This document shows, piece after piece, positions 1 through 11,100 of a stretch of DNA of 64,000 nt. The DNA comes from a virus. The number at the start of each line of letters is the position of its first letter. The stretch's first letter is position 1. The position numbers were made by a program, and so were the translations under genes. Where the stretch lies: positions 1 to 64,000 of IMG/VR virus record IMGVR_UViG_3300029448_000015. One strand, 5' to 3'. A model generated the notes under the pieces. The model saw nothing but the letters and a program-made list of their open reading frames with translations, was not told the origin of the DNA and ran no database searches.

Positions 1-77
1 AAAGTTTTAGAAACTATAAAATCTTGGATTCTATTAGCTTGGAAAACTGTAAGTTCTGCTGAGTTTTGGATAGTTCC
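1..77 (+). repeat. 77-bp exact direct repeat, copy 1
   Basis: Identical to 33189-33265. First mismatch at 78 (c) vs 33266 (t). Confidence 0.97.
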
Positions 78-309
78 CCCTAAAGAAACTTATAACACTC
101 CAGCTTTAGTTGTTGCTGATGGTGGCATAGAACCTGAAACTGGAGAGCTTTACATTAATTCTAAAACTAATACACCTCACATAAATCCTGATACTGGAGA
201 GATGTACTCAGAGTTACCTGAAACAATTAAAGAATCAACAAATTTTTCTAAAACAGAAATAGAAACTGCAAGAGAAAAAAGTAAAACTTGGTCTACTGAA
301 CAGGATTAA
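1..309 (+). CDS. 3' part of hypothetical protein (5' 11 codons at 33156-33188 on circularisation)
   Basis: Frame 1 KVLETIKSWILLAWKTVSSAEFWIVPPK...IEPETGELYI...EQD*, homologous to 33156-33431. Confidence 0.8.
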   Translation, partial: KVLETIKSWILLAWKTVSSAEFWIVPPKETYNTPALVVADGGIEPETGELYINSKTNTPHINPDTGEMYSELPETIKESTNFSKTEIETAREKSKTWSTEQD

Positions 310-317
310 TATTTTTT

Positions 318-701
318 ATGTCTTTAATTGGGAACATTTTAGGCAGTCTAGGTGGCAAAGTAGTTGATGCTGTAGACAACAGATCTGAAAGGAAACACGT
401 AGAAAAAGTACGTAAGTTAGAGATAGAAGAATTAAGACATAAAACTAAAATGGATATGCTTGCTAAAGGTCAAGAGATGGACAATAGTTGGGAACTAGAG
501 CAAATAAAAAACTCTGGTTGGAAAGATGAAGCAGTCTTGGTTACACTCCTGATACCACTTTGGCTGTGCTTTGTTCCTTACACAGTTGTTTACGTTGAGA
601 ATGGTTTTAACGCTTTGTCTCAAACACCCGATTGGTATCAATGGCTTATCTTAGTAATCTTTTGCGCTATTTACGGAGTTAGAATATGGCGCAGGAAATG
701 A
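318..701 (+). CDS. Putative holin (3TM/GTA-release holin-like)
   Basis: SGWKDE motif, two C-terminal TM segments, P.WYQ motif, basic tail. Homolog at 45394-45777. Confidence 0.6.
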   Translation: MSLIGNILGSLGGKVVDAVDNRSERKHVEKVRKLEIEELRHKTKMDMLAKGQEMDNSWELEQIKNSGWKDEAVLVTLLIPLWLCFVPYTVVYVENGFNALSQTPDWYQWLILVIFCAIYGVRIWRRK

Positions 702-919
702 GTATGGGAACAACTACTGAGATAGCTTTAGAAGCTCTTGAGCGTATTGCTCTACATGAAAAAGAATGTGGAGAACGCTGGGCCGAAGCAATCGTTGAAC
801 TAAGAGAACTAAAGAAAGCAACGGATACTCATGCACAAAGATGGGAGAAACTAGCTTGGTTATTTGTCGGCACAGCAGTTACTTGTACGATTACTGTTTT
901 AGCTGCTGTTTTAGTTTAA
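686..919 (+). CDS. Small coiled-coil protein with C-terminal TM (HEKECGERW family)
   Basis: Clear homolog at 33418-33642. Confidence 0.75.
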   Translation: MAQEMSMGTTTEIALEALERIALHEKECGERWAEAIVELRELKKATDTHAQRWEKLAWLFVGTAVTCTITVLAAVLV

Positions 920-928
920 GGGGTTAGC

Positions 929-2695
929 ATGTCGCAAAGAGCAAGATCATTACAAACTTTAACTGAAGCTTTAGGAAGACTTGGTGCAGGAGGTAATATA
1001 AGTTTTGGAAGGACTGTCGATCCTTCTATTTTTATGGGCTTTGATGAAAGAGAACTTTATCGTCGATACTATGAAGCTATGGCTGAAGCAGAACGTAAAA
1101 GACAAGAAGCACTTAATGAACAACAATCTTCAAATAATGAAGAACAACAAGAAGAAGAAGTAAATTTAGATCAAACTGGTTTAGAACCTCAAGTTCCTGT
1201 ATTAGACAATGAAACTCTTAGACAAGTTGATTTTGCTGTAAGAGGCTTTGAAAATGCACTAAGACTTTATTTAAGTGATGCTGGTGTTGATGACGTAAGT
1301 TCTAAAGAAATTTTAAATTCTTATACAGCCGTTAAAGATAAAGGACTTATTGACATAGCTTATGATTCTTTAGACAAGCTCAGCAAAGAACTAGAAAAAG
1401 ATCTCCTTAGAAAACAATTAGCTGGTGGAGGAATAGGTGTTAAAATTAATAAAAACGATGGCAGAGATGATGTATCTCTTGTAATAGGAATACCTCTTCT
1501 TGGTGGACTTGATCCTTTAGAAATACCAATAAAAAAACAGGGGAAATACGTTAATGTTATTCAGTCAACAAAAGATACAGCAAGAAAAGTATTTGAAGAC
1601 CTAACTTCGGTTCCTCAAGATATTTTAGATGAAATTAAAAAAGTTTTAGGGACTGATGAAGAAGTTGCTCCGTCTATATTTAGTACAGTAACAGATGAAA
1701 ACGGAAATATCTTTTTGACTATTGCTGGTATTGTTTTTGAATCAGATAGACTTAAAAACTTATTAGCAAAAAAACATCCATGGATACAAACTGAAATAGT
1801 TGGAACAATTATAGATGAAGCCCGTAATCAATTTTCTGGAATTGGGGGTGCTGATGATGTAGAAACTCTTGATAGGGATGGTGATAGTTATATTGATAGT
1901 GAAGATGCTTTCCCTGATGATCCAACTGAATGGGAAGATAGTGATGGAGATGGTGTAGGAGATAATTCCGATGCTTTCCCTAATGACCCTAATGAATCTT
2001 CAGATAGGGACGGAGATGGTATAGGGGATAATTCTGATCCTTTCCCTGATGACAGCACTAAGCCTTCTTCTGATGACGACTCTGATGATGATGATTCTGA
2101 TGATGACGACGATGATTCCGATGACGATGATTCCGATGACGATGATTCCGATGATGACGACTCTGATGATGATGACTCTGATGACGATTCCGATGACTCT
2201 AGCTCTGATGACTCTAGCTCTGATGACTCTAGCTCTGACGATTCTAGTTCAGACGATTCTAGTTCTGATGACTCTATCTTTGGAGATACAACTACTACAA
2301 CTACTGATGATACTGAAACTGATACCGAAGAAGGGACTGTTGATTTAAACGAAGAAGAAGAAGAAGAAGAAGGAATTGTAACTCCTGAAATAGACATTCC
2401 TCCAGAAAATATTGATAGTGGAGGTGGTGGAGGAGGAGTAGGTATTGCTGCTAGTCCTTTTAGTTTATTCAGCACTCAAGAAAGGAGAGCTTCTTTACCT
2501 TTTGAAGTTCCTAATGTTACTCCTTTACAATTTAATGTCCCTCAGAGTGGAAGTATTGTTGAAGGGTTATTTCCAGAATATGCTCCTAAAGTATCAAAAA
2601 TTGAACCATTACAAACAGTTTTAAATAATTTACGTAATGATTCTTTACAGCTAACAACTAAAGGTTTATTTGATGACTTACTTAAACTTGGTTAA
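929..2695 (+). CDS. Acidic putative virion protein with thrombospondin type-3-like Ca-binding repeats and Asp/Ser tract
   Basis: DxDGDGxGDNSDAFPxDP repeats followed by (SDDDD)n and (DDSSS)n. Confidence 0.75.
   Translation: MSQRARSLQTLTEALGRLGAGGNISFGRTVDPSIFMGFDERELYRRYYEAMAEAERKRQEALNEQQSSNNEEQQEEEVNLDQTGLEPQVPVLDNETLRQVDFAVRGFENALRLYLSDAGVDDVSSKEILNSYTAVKDKGLIDIAYDSLDKLSKELEKDLLRKQLAGGGIGVKINKNDGRDDVSLVIGIPLLGGLDPLEIPIKKQGKYVNVIQSTKDTARKVFEDLTSVPQDILDEIKKVLGTDEEVAPSIFSTVTDENGNIFLTIAGIVFESDRLKNLLAKKHPWIQTEIVGTIIDEARNQFSGIGGADDVETLDRDGDSYIDSEDAFPDDPTEWEDSDGDGVGDNSDAFPNDPNESSDRDGDGIGDNSDPFPDDSTKPSSDDDSDDDDSDDDDDDSDDDDSDDDDSDDDDSDDDDSDDDSDDSSSDDSSSDDSSSDDSSSDDSSSDDSIFGDTTTTTTDDTETDTEEGTVDLNEEEEEEEGIVTPEIDIPPENIDSGGGGGGVGIAASPFSLFSTQERRASLPFEVPNVTPLQFNVPQSGSIVEGLFPEYAPKVSKIEPLQTVLNNLRNDSLQLTTKGLFDDLLKLG
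2068..2275 (+). repeat. Imperfect 15-bp coding tandem repeats (SDDDD / DDSSS)
   Basis: ttccgatgacgatga and tgatgactctagctc units. Confidence 0.9.
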
Positions 2696-3320
2696 TGAAG
2701 TCTTACGAAGACTAAGAGAAGACACAGTTACGACTGTCTCTCAAACTACGTACTCAACAATGATAGGAGACATAATTAATGATGCTAAAACAGCAGTAGA
2801 GAGTGCGTGGGATTGGTCTGCATTAAGAGGCACTATCTCATTTAATACAACTGCTGATGATGCTACATATTCTTTGTCTGGAACTACAGATCAATTAAAA
2901 GTTATTGATGCAATTAACGATACATCTAATATATTTTTACATTATCAAACACCTACTTGGTTTAACAACAATAAGTACAATACTGGAACTGTTACTTCTA
3001 GTCCTGCTAACTACACTTTTATTGGGTTAGATGGAAGTGGAAGCACAGAGATAGAACTATGGCCTATCCCTGATGGGGTATACGCTTTAAAGTTTAATAT
3101 TATTAATCGAACTGGAGCGTTAAGTTCAGACAGTAGTACAACTGCTATTCCTCATATGCCTATTGTTCATTTAGCGTATGCCTATGCTGCAAGAGAAAGA
3201 GGAGAAACAGGAGGAAGAACAGCAGGAGAATTGTTATCTAACGCACAGTTATATTTGTCTGATGCAATCGCTTTAGATTCCGCAAAGAATCCAGAGGAGT
3301 TAATTTACAGAGCAGTTTAA
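2673..3320 (+). CDS. Tail tubular protein A / head-tail adaptor
   Basis: MTYLNLVNEVLRRLRE N-terminus and WP.PD motif typical of podovirus adaptors; lies before the nozzle-sized gene. Confidence 0.7.
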   Translation: MTYLNLVNEVLRRLREDTVTTVSQTTYSTMIGDIINDAKTAVESAWDWSALRGTISFNTTADDATYSLSGTTDQLKVIDAINDTSNIFLHYQTPTWFNNNKYNTGTVTSSPANYTFIGLDGSGSTEIELWPIPDGVYALKFNIINRTGALSSDSSTTAIPHMPIVHLAYAYAARERGETGGRTAGELLSNAQLYLSDAIALDSAKNPEELIYRAV

Positions 3321-3321
3321 T

Positions 3322-4842
3322 ATGGCAAATCCAAGACAAAACATTACTATTTCTGCACCTGCTTTTAAGGGGTTGAATACTCAGGATTCTCCTATAGACA
3401 TGGATCCTTCTTATGCTGCTATTGCAGAAAATTGTGTAATTGACGAGTTTGGAAGAATAGGCTCAAGAAAAGGATTTAAAATAAAAACGGCTGATGTCTC
3501 TTCTTTAGGAGGTAATTCTATTGAGGTCATTAAAGAGTTTATTAATTCAACAGGAACAAATGTTTTAATTTCTGCTGGTAATAATAAAATTTTTAGTGGT
3601 ACGACTAGCTTAACGGATGTCTCCCCAAGTAGTTACACTATTTCTGCAAACAACTGGAAGATGGTAAATTTAAACGATCATCTCTTTATGTTTCAGTCTG
3701 GGCATGAACCTTTAGTCTTTGCTGGTAGTGCAGTAGAAAAAATGTCTGCTCATTCAGGTTCTTCTGGAACTCCTCCTTTTGCTAATGAAGTATTGTCAGC
3801 TTACGGAAGATTGTTTGCTGCAAATACTACATCGAACAAAACATTAGTTTACTGGTCTGATCTTTTAGATGGCACAGCTTGGACAGGGGGTTCTTCTGGT
3901 TCTTTAGACATAACAAAAGTATGGCCTTCAGGATCAGATGAAATTATAGCGTTAGCTGCACACAATGGATTTTTAATTATATTTGGTAAACAATCCATTG
4001 TTGTTTATGCAGGAGCTACTGATCCAGCAAATATGACATTAAGTGATACTGTTGCTAATGTCGGTTGTATTGAAAGAGATTCGGTACAACATACAGGCAC
4101 AGATTTAATATTTTTGTCTGCTACTGGTGTTAGAAGCTTTGGGAGAACTATACAAGAAAAATCTTTGCCTCTTACTGATGTAAGTAAAAATGTAAGAAAT
4201 AAATTAATGGATATTCATGCAGAGCAATCTACACCTGTACGCTCTGTATTTAGTCCAGAAGAAGCTTTTTATTTATTGTCTCTTCCTGATTCTAATACTG
4301 TTTTTTGTTTTGATTTAAGAGGTACATTAGAAGACGGCAGCTATCGGGTAACTATGTGGTCAGCTACTGAGTTAAAAGCAATGGATAGACTACAAGATAC
4401 TACTTTGTATTTTGGAAATACCAATGGTTTGTTGGAGTACACTGGCTTTCAAGATTATGGTGGAGAGTATCAGTTAAGATACTTTAGTAACCCTTTAGCT
4501 TTTGGAGATTCTTCTAGGCTAAAGATGTTAAAAGAAATTATTGCAACAGTAATAGGTGGACAACAAGAAACCTTAACTTTTAATTGGGCTTATGACTACA
4601 GTGAAAGTTTTAATAAACAAGCAACAACAATTCAGTCTAATGCGAATACTGCATTTTTTAATGAGAGTGAGTTTAATGTAGCCACTTCAGAATTCACAGG
4701 TTCTATACTTGTTAGTAAAGTAAGCACTAAAACAACTGGTTCAGGTAATGTTGCTTCTATTGGATTTGAAGCTCAAATAAACAATAACCCGTTATCCCTT
4801 CAGGAAGTAAACATACAAGCTATTTTAGGCAGGATGAATTAA
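3322..4842 (+). CDS. Tail stabilisation / nozzle protein (tubular protein B, P22 gp10-like)
   Basis: F.GLNT N-terminus, N.VID..G.I..RKG motif, beta-rich 506 aa. Confidence 0.7.
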   Translation: MANPRQNITISAPAFKGLNTQDSPIDMDPSYAAIAENCVIDEFGRIGSRKGFKIKTADVSSLGGNSIEVIKEFINSTGTNVLISAGNNKIFSGTTSLTDVSPSSYTISANNWKMVNLNDHLFMFQSGHEPLVFAGSAVEKMSAHSGSSGTPPFANEVLSAYGRLFAANTTSNKTLVYWSDLLDGTAWTGGSSGSLDITKVWPSGSDEIIALAAHNGFLIIFGKQSIVVYAGATDPANMTLSDTVANVGCIERDSVQHTGTDLIFLSATGVRSFGRTIQEKSLPLTDVSKNVRNKLMDIHAEQSTPVRSVFSPEEAFYLLSLPDSNTVFCFDLRGTLEDGSYRVTMWSATELKAMDRLQDTTLYFGNTNGLLEYTGFQDYGGEYQLRYFSNPLAFGDSSRLKMLKEIIATVIGGQQETLTFNWAYDYSESFNKQATTIQSNANTAFFNESEFNVATSEFTGSILVSKVSTKTTGSGNVASIGFEAQINNNPLSLQEVNIQAILGRMN

Positions 4843-5042
4843 TGAGTAATTATACTAAAACGACTAATTTTACAGCTAAAGACAGCCTTCCTACAGGTGA
4901 CTCAGGTAAGATTATTAAAGGGACTGAGTTTGATACTGAGTTCAATAATATTGTTACTGCTGTTGCAACAAAAGCTGATTCATCAGGGCCAACATTTACA
5001 GGTACTTTGACTGCTGGCACTATTACTGGAGGGACATACTGA
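4842..5042 (+). CDS. Small tail-associated virion protein
   Basis: MSNYTKTTNF...EFDTEFNNI..AVATKAD resembles tail-fibre N-terminal anchors; translationally coupled. Confidence 0.55.
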   Translation: MSNYTKTTNFTAKDSLPTGDSGKIIKGTEFDTEFNNIVTAVATKADSSGPTFTGTLTAGTITGGTY

Positions 5043-6244
5043 TGGCTAATGGATTTTTTAATGAGGGTTTAGCCAAAAATTTAACTGAAGAAGCTATTAG
5101 AAATGCTCCTGTTCCTTTTGCTAATACTACTCCATCATTATTTTCTAACTTAAATTTTGGAAATTTGTTAGGAAGTTTAGTAGACACAGGTTTGCAGACT
5201 GCTGGTATTCAGAATCAACAACAAGCATTAAGAGAGTTTGGTGCAGGTGCTTTAGAAGGAATGGAGCGCATAGGAGGGCAAGCAAGAGAAGATGCTTCCT
5301 TTAAACCTTTTACTGTTACTTCTACGTTAGGCAATGTAGCAACTACTCCTGAAGGTGGCATTAATATAGGACTTTCTCCAGAGCAACAAGCTTTGCAGAA
5401 TACGTTATTTGGTGGTGCAAGTAATCTAGCGACTGCTGCAACACAAGCTGACAATCCCCTCTTTAACCAACTAGCTCAACAAGCTTATGGAGGTGTTTCA
5501 CCTTTATTGGCTCAAGCTCAAACTGCTGCTCAAGCTGTTGGAGCAATGGATAGACCTGCTAGAGAACAAGAAATATTTGATCGTTTACGGGCTATTCAAA
5601 CAGAAGATGAGAGAAATGCTAGAATATCTTTAGAGAATCGTTTAGCTGGACAGGGTAGATTAGGACTTCTTACTTCTCAGTTCGGAGGTTCTCCTGAATT
5701 ACTTGCCTTAGAAAAAGCACAAGCAGACGCTAGGAATAGAACTGCTTTAGCTGCTATGCAACAATCAGCAGCAGAGGAGACTAGAGATATTAATCTTGCT
5801 AAATCTTTACAGGATTTAACAGGAGGTATGTTTAACATAGGAACAACTGCTTCAACTACTCCTATGCAACTACGTGCTGGAGATTTAGCTAATTTACAAA
5901 CTACATTTGGTTTAGGGTATGCTCCAGAAACTCAAAGGTTAGGTGCATTAAGTCCTGCAACAAATGTTGCTGCTCTTGCTGATGCAGGAAGAAGAGAAGG
6001 TGCAGGTTTGTTTGGTGAATCTTCTGTTGCTGGATTAGAAGCAGCCTTAACTGCTCGATTAAAAGAAGCTGAGTTAGAACAAAATCTGTTACAAGCTTTA
6101 GCGGAGAGTGCTAATGCTAGTGCTCAGACTAGCGGGGGTTTGTTTGATTTCTTAGGAGGGGCTTTAGGTAGAGTGTTTGGACAAACTAAAGAAGAACAAG
6201 ATGCATTAAGAAATGCTGCTACTACTACTGCTAATGCTACATAA
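5042..6244 (+). CDS. Internal virion / DNA ejection protein
   Basis: A/Q/G-rich, helical, located after tail genes. Confidence 0.55.
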   Translation: MANGFFNEGLAKNLTEEAIRNAPVPFANTTPSLFSNLNFGNLLGSLVDTGLQTAGIQNQQQALREFGAGALEGMERIGGQAREDASFKPFTVTSTLGNVATTPEGGINIGLSPEQQALQNTLFGGASNLATAATQADNPLFNQLAQQAYGGVSPLLAQAQTAAQAVGAMDRPAREQEIFDRLRAIQTEDERNARISLENRLAGQGRLGLLTSQFGGSPELLALEKAQADARNRTALAAMQQSAAEETRDINLAKSLQDLTGGMFNIGTTASTTPMQLRAGDLANLQTTFGLGYAPETQRLGALSPATNVAALADAGRREGAGLFGESSVAGLEAALTARLKEAELEQNLLQALAESANASAQTSGGLFDFLGGALGRVFGQTKEEQDALRNAATTTANAT

Positions 6245-6246
6245 CT

Positions 6247-6702
6247 ATGCTGGCAGAAGTAGTTACTTGTATTTCACTTGTTAAAGGATTAAATGATGCT
6301 ATTTCAAGTGTAAAAGAAGCAGGAGCAAATGCGTCTTCATTTGCCAATATGATAGGCAAGTACGCTCAAGCTAATGACGCAGTTATGGAGACTGAGCAAA
6401 AACATATTGGTAAATTATCTGTTCAAGATTCTATGCAGATACAGGTAGCAAAGAGACAGTTATCTACCTTTAATCAACAGCTTAAAGATTTAATGCTAAT
6501 GCAGGGACTCTCTTCAGACTACAACGAGATAATGAATCGTGTAGAGGAAAGCAGATTAGAACATGAGAAAAGATTAAAAGAAATAAAACTTAAAAAAATA
6601 CGAAGAGATAAAGAATTAAAAGAAACTTTACATATTTTGTTTTATATTTCTTTAGTTGTTGGAGTAGGTTTTTTAGCCGTATGGCTTTACTCAATAATGT
6701 AA
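6247..6702 (+). CDS. Hypothetical membrane-anchored coiled-coil protein
   Basis: Close homolog at 45779-46234; C-terminal TM. Confidence 0.75.
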   Translation: MLAEVVTCISLVKGLNDAISSVKEAGANASSFANMIGKYAQANDAVMETEQKHIGKLSVQDSMQIQVAKRQLSTFNQQLKDLMLMQGLSSDYNEIMNRVEESRLEHEKRLKEIKLKKIRRDKELKETLHILFYISLVVGVGFLAVWLYSIM

Positions 6703-6718
6703 ATATAGGTACTGTAAA

Positions 6719-8131
6719 ATGGCAGATTTAAGATTCGGAAGTTCATTTCTTAGCAGAGTTAATCCTGCATTAGAAAACTTAACTCGTATAGGTGCTGCTC
6801 CTACAGAACAACAAAAAGCAGAAGAAGCATTGTATGGAACTAATGTTGGAACAAGAAATCCTTTAGCAAGAAGCATTGGAGGTTTAATGTCTGCTTTAGG
6901 TTCTCCTGTAGATGTTAGGACTTCACCAGAAAGATTAGCAGAATCAACTAAAAATTTGGATTTATCTTCTGTTGAAGATCAACAAAAGTATCTGTTAGAA
7001 CAGTTAAGATATGTTCAAGATCCTAAAAGTAAAGTTTTGTTAGCTACACAATTAGCAAAAATTAATGAAGAGCTTTCAAAAAAGAGCACTCAAGAAAAAA
7101 CTATAACTGAAGTTGCTTCTCAGTTAGAAGAGCTAGGGTTTATTCCATTAGCAGATAATTTACGAAATGGATTAATTCCATTAAGTTCTGCTCAAAGTGT
7201 AATTACAGAAGCACAAAAAAAAGAGGTGCTTAATCAACAAGAAAAAGGGGATCAACTAACAAAAAATTCTGAAAATGTAGCTTATTTACTTGCGTCAGGA
7301 GTTCCTTCAAATGTTATTAGTAGTGTACTTAGAATCCCTGATTTTGAAAGTAGATCAAAAGCTATAAACAAACTGGTCGAAGATATTCCTAGTAAAAAAA
7401 TTACGGAAATTAATAAAAAGAAAAACTGGGAAAACCTGTTTACAACAGAGATCTTAGAAAAAGACGGCATTTTACAAGTTTATGAACAGATTGGAATGGA
7501 TGCTAATGCTAATGTAGTTCTTACAAGAATTGAAGACATTATTTCAGGAAAATCTGAAAAACAAACTATTGGAAATATAACACAATCTTTAGTTTATAAC
7601 TCTCAAACTGATAGTATAATAAATACTAGAACAGGCATAGGGGATAATAACCAATTACTTTATTATAATACAGTAAGTAAACAATGGGAGCCTGTAGGTA
7701 ATAGTGTAACTGTTGTTGATTCTAAATCTGCAACACCTAATGCTAATGAAGTTAAAGCAGCTACAGTTGCTATTGGGAAAGATAGAAATTGGTATGAAGC
7801 ATTAAATCTGGATGAAAGAAGCACTATTAATCAAGATTTAGCTGCTATGGCAAAGGTTATAAATAATACAACTCAAATTCCTGAAAGAGAAAAACAAAAT
7901 ACTGTCCGTCAAATTGTTGACTTCATAAGTAATAAATTTTCTAATGAAACTGCTGCTTCTGGAAAAGGGGATCAAAAGTTTAGCAGAAGAACAATAGTAC
8001 CTGCAACAGAAATACTAGCTGCTATCAGCGAATATAGTGCGTCAATTAATGAAGAGCTTTCAAATAGTTCTTCTTCACAAGACAATTTAAATATTATAAC
8101 AAGATCCTTTAGTGATCTGAAAGATAACTAA
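6719..8131 (+). CDS. Putative internal virion protein
   Basis: 470-aa ORF in ejection-protein position. Confidence 0.5.
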   Translation: MADLRFGSSFLSRVNPALENLTRIGAAPTEQQKAEEALYGTNVGTRNPLARSIGGLMSALGSPVDVRTSPERLAESTKNLDLSSVEDQQKYLLEQLRYVQDPKSKVLLATQLAKINEELSKKSTQEKTITEVASQLEELGFIPLADNLRNGLIPLSSAQSVITEAQKKEVLNQQEKGDQLTKNSENVAYLLASGVPSNVISSVLRIPDFESRSKAINKLVEDIPSKKITEINKKKNWENLFTTEILEKDGILQVYEQIGMDANANVVLTRIEDIISGKSEKQTIGNITQSLVYNSQTDSIINTRTGIGDNNQLLYYNTVSKQWEPVGNSVTVVDSKSATPNANEVKAATVAIGKDRNWYEALNLDERSTINQDLAAMAKVINNTTQIPEREKQNTVRQIVDFISNKFSNETAASGKGDQKFSRRTIVPATEILAAISEYSASINEELSNSSSSQDNLNIITRSFSDLKDN

Positions 8132-8133
8132 TT

Positions 8134-11100
8134 ATGTCTCAAAATATCAAACTGCCTAATGGCAATATTATAACTGATGTTCCTTTAGACATAACTCAGG
8201 AAGAACTTAAACAATTAGTTCTTAAAAATAATTTAGCTACCGAAAAAGATTTCCAAACATCTAAAGAATCAGAAGGTGCTACTAAAAAATTACAAACTGT
8301 AGAAAAAGAAAAAACTCTTTTATATCCTGAAGTTCCTTCTCTTGATAAAGAGCTTGAACCTGTATTTCCTGAAGTTCCTACTTTAAAACAAGAAGAAAAA
8401 AAGACTGATCTTTCTTTTTGGGAAAACTTTAAATATAACTATGACAGTGCAAATACAGATGTATCAAATTTATCTCTTATAATTAAAGCTGCTGTTCCTG
8501 TTTTATCTGGTGGAATTGGATTTGATGGAACAATCGTTACTCCTTCAAAAGTTTTTGGTACTGAAAATTATAGTGATTTGTCTTTTGATGAAAGAAGAAA
8601 AATACTACTAGAGCAAAGACAATCAAAAGCAAATAAAGATAATCGTAAAGCAGCTACTTTATATGCAGAAAACCCTAATAAAAAATCTAACGAACTGTCT
8701 TCATTTTTAGGACAAGTAGCTGGATCGTTAATGTCTCCTACTACTCTTGCTCCGACATTAAGACTAACAAAAAGTGCTAGTGCAGCTTTAGCAGGACGGC
8801 CAGTATTAAAAAGAACTGCTGAAGATATTGGAACAGGGGCTATTTACGGAGGTCAATATAGTATATTAGATCAAGTTGCCAAAGAAGGAGAGGTAGACCC
8901 TTCAAAAACAATAAGAGATACAGGTGTAGGGGGATTAGCAGGACTTTTCCCAGTAGGAGTTTCTGGAGTTTCTCAAGTAGCTAAAGCTGCTGTAACTTCA
9001 AAACCAGTATCTTTTATTACGGATGCTGCTACTGTTCAAATTAAATTAAAAGCCGTACAAAACAAAACAAAAGTCTTACAAAAAGAAATAGCTGAAAGAA
9101 TAGTTACTCAAACTCCTGATGTTCCTGCTTCACAAATAATACAACAAGCTAAAAATTCTTTAGGAATGACTAATGCAGAATTAAGAGATATCTACGCTTA
9201 TGGAGATTTCCAATATCCTAGTGCGGAAGATGCTTTAAAAATTACTGCTGCAAAAGAAAATCCTATTTCTTCTAAAATAAAACTTGGAGAAACAATAGAC
9301 GAGTTTATAACTCCTATAAGTACAAGAATAAAAAATTTATCTCTTCCTGTTTTTGGAAGTTTAAGACAAATGGAATTTAACTTATCTGTCAATAAAGCAC
9401 GATACCTTAAACAAAGTGAAGACTTTATAGACAGTCTCACAAAACTTAAAAGATCTAAATTAATAGGTGGAGGCTCAACAAAAGTTAAAGAAAATTTAAA
9501 AAAATTTGAAGTTAAATTATTTAACGGAGATTTTGTTGGAGCTAAAAAAATAGCTTCAGATAATTTTCCAGAACTGTTAAAGCCTTTAGATAAAATTATT
9601 AATAATAAAACTGGAGTTTTGCCTAAATTATATAAAGCTTTAAAGAAGTCAGGCTCTTCCGTAGCGTTTAGAGAAAATTATTTTCCTAGAGTAGTAAAAG
9701 ATTTAAAAGGATTAAATTCTGTTTTAGAAAAAGATCCTAAAAATGATGCAGTTAAATTTTTAGATAAAATTGCTTTAGCTTCTAAAAGAACTAGTTGGAA
9801 AGAATTAACTAATGAGGAACAAATAGAAGGGTTAAATAAATTTTTTCAAGTTAGAAATTTACAAGCAGCAAAAAAAGGATTTAATGCACAAAGAAAAATA
9901 GAAACTCTTGATGAATCTTTGTCAGAATTTTATCACTCTCCTAGTGAATCTTTGTATATGTACATTAATTCAGCAGTTACCGATATTGAGTTAAGAAATT
10001 TTTTAGGGACAAAAAGCACTATAGAAGAAGGAGGTATTTTAAAAACACTAGATTTGAGTAAAAGTGTAGGTAGTAAAATTTTACAGACTGCTCCTAAAAT
10101 ATCTCAAGAAAATTTAGAAAAATTAAAACATCTTTTAGAAGTTAGACTTAACGCTGAAAAACTTAAAGCTTCTGATACTCTTATAAATATAAAAGATATT
10201 CAAACTATGGTAACTCTAGGACAAGTTGATTCTGCAATAACTCAGCTTGGAGATTTAGGAAGTGCTATTTATGTAAGTAATTTAGCTGCTGCTATTAAAG
10301 GATTAGCTAAAGCAGCTACTAATAAAACAAGAGTAAATGTTGAAGAATTAGGTTTAATAAATAATATAACAGCAGATTTAAACTCAAATGGATTTTTTAA
10401 TAAAGCTACTGATAATGTTTTAAAAGCAATTCAATTTAGAAGAGCAGATAGGTTAGGAAAAGAAACTTTAATAGAAGGTGCTTTAGAAGCTAATGCTAAA
10501 CTTGCTAGAACAAACCCTCAAAAAATAGTCTCTGAATGGGGAGAAATTTTTGGTAAAGACGTAAATAAACTTATTGGAGATTTACGATCTGAAACAATTA
10601 GTGAAGAAGTTAAATTATTTTTGTTCCACAAGTTAAGTGATATACAACCTATCACTCTTTCTGAAATGCCTGAAAAATATTTAAAGATGCCTAACGGCAG
10701 AATTTTTTATGCGTTAAAAAGTTTTACTTTAAAACAATTAGATGTTGTTAGAAGAGAAGGACTTTCTGAAATAGCTAAAGGAAATTATTCTAAAGGGTTT
10801 AAAAACTTAATGTCTTGGGGAGTTACCTTTGGATTAGTTAATGGCACAGTACAATCATTTAAAGATTCTCTTTTAAATTTAGAAATGGATGTAGGTATAG
10901 ACGCTATTTCAGATGAAGCGTTTGAATCTTTTGCTTCTTTGTTATTCTTAAACAAATACAGCAGAGAAAAATATTTTGGAGAAGGAATTATTCCTCAGGG
11001 AATAGATTTTGGACTTGGAGTTATTTCTCCACCAGCTTTAGATCTGGGAGAAGATGTAGGTAATTTTATTAATAACCTGTACAAAGAAGTAGATGAAGAT

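Noticed and set aside
1888-2475. Ser-rich - strand ORF and Met/Thr-rich ORF 2049-2348
   Set aside because: Shadow frames of the Asp/Ser tandem repeat in 929-2695
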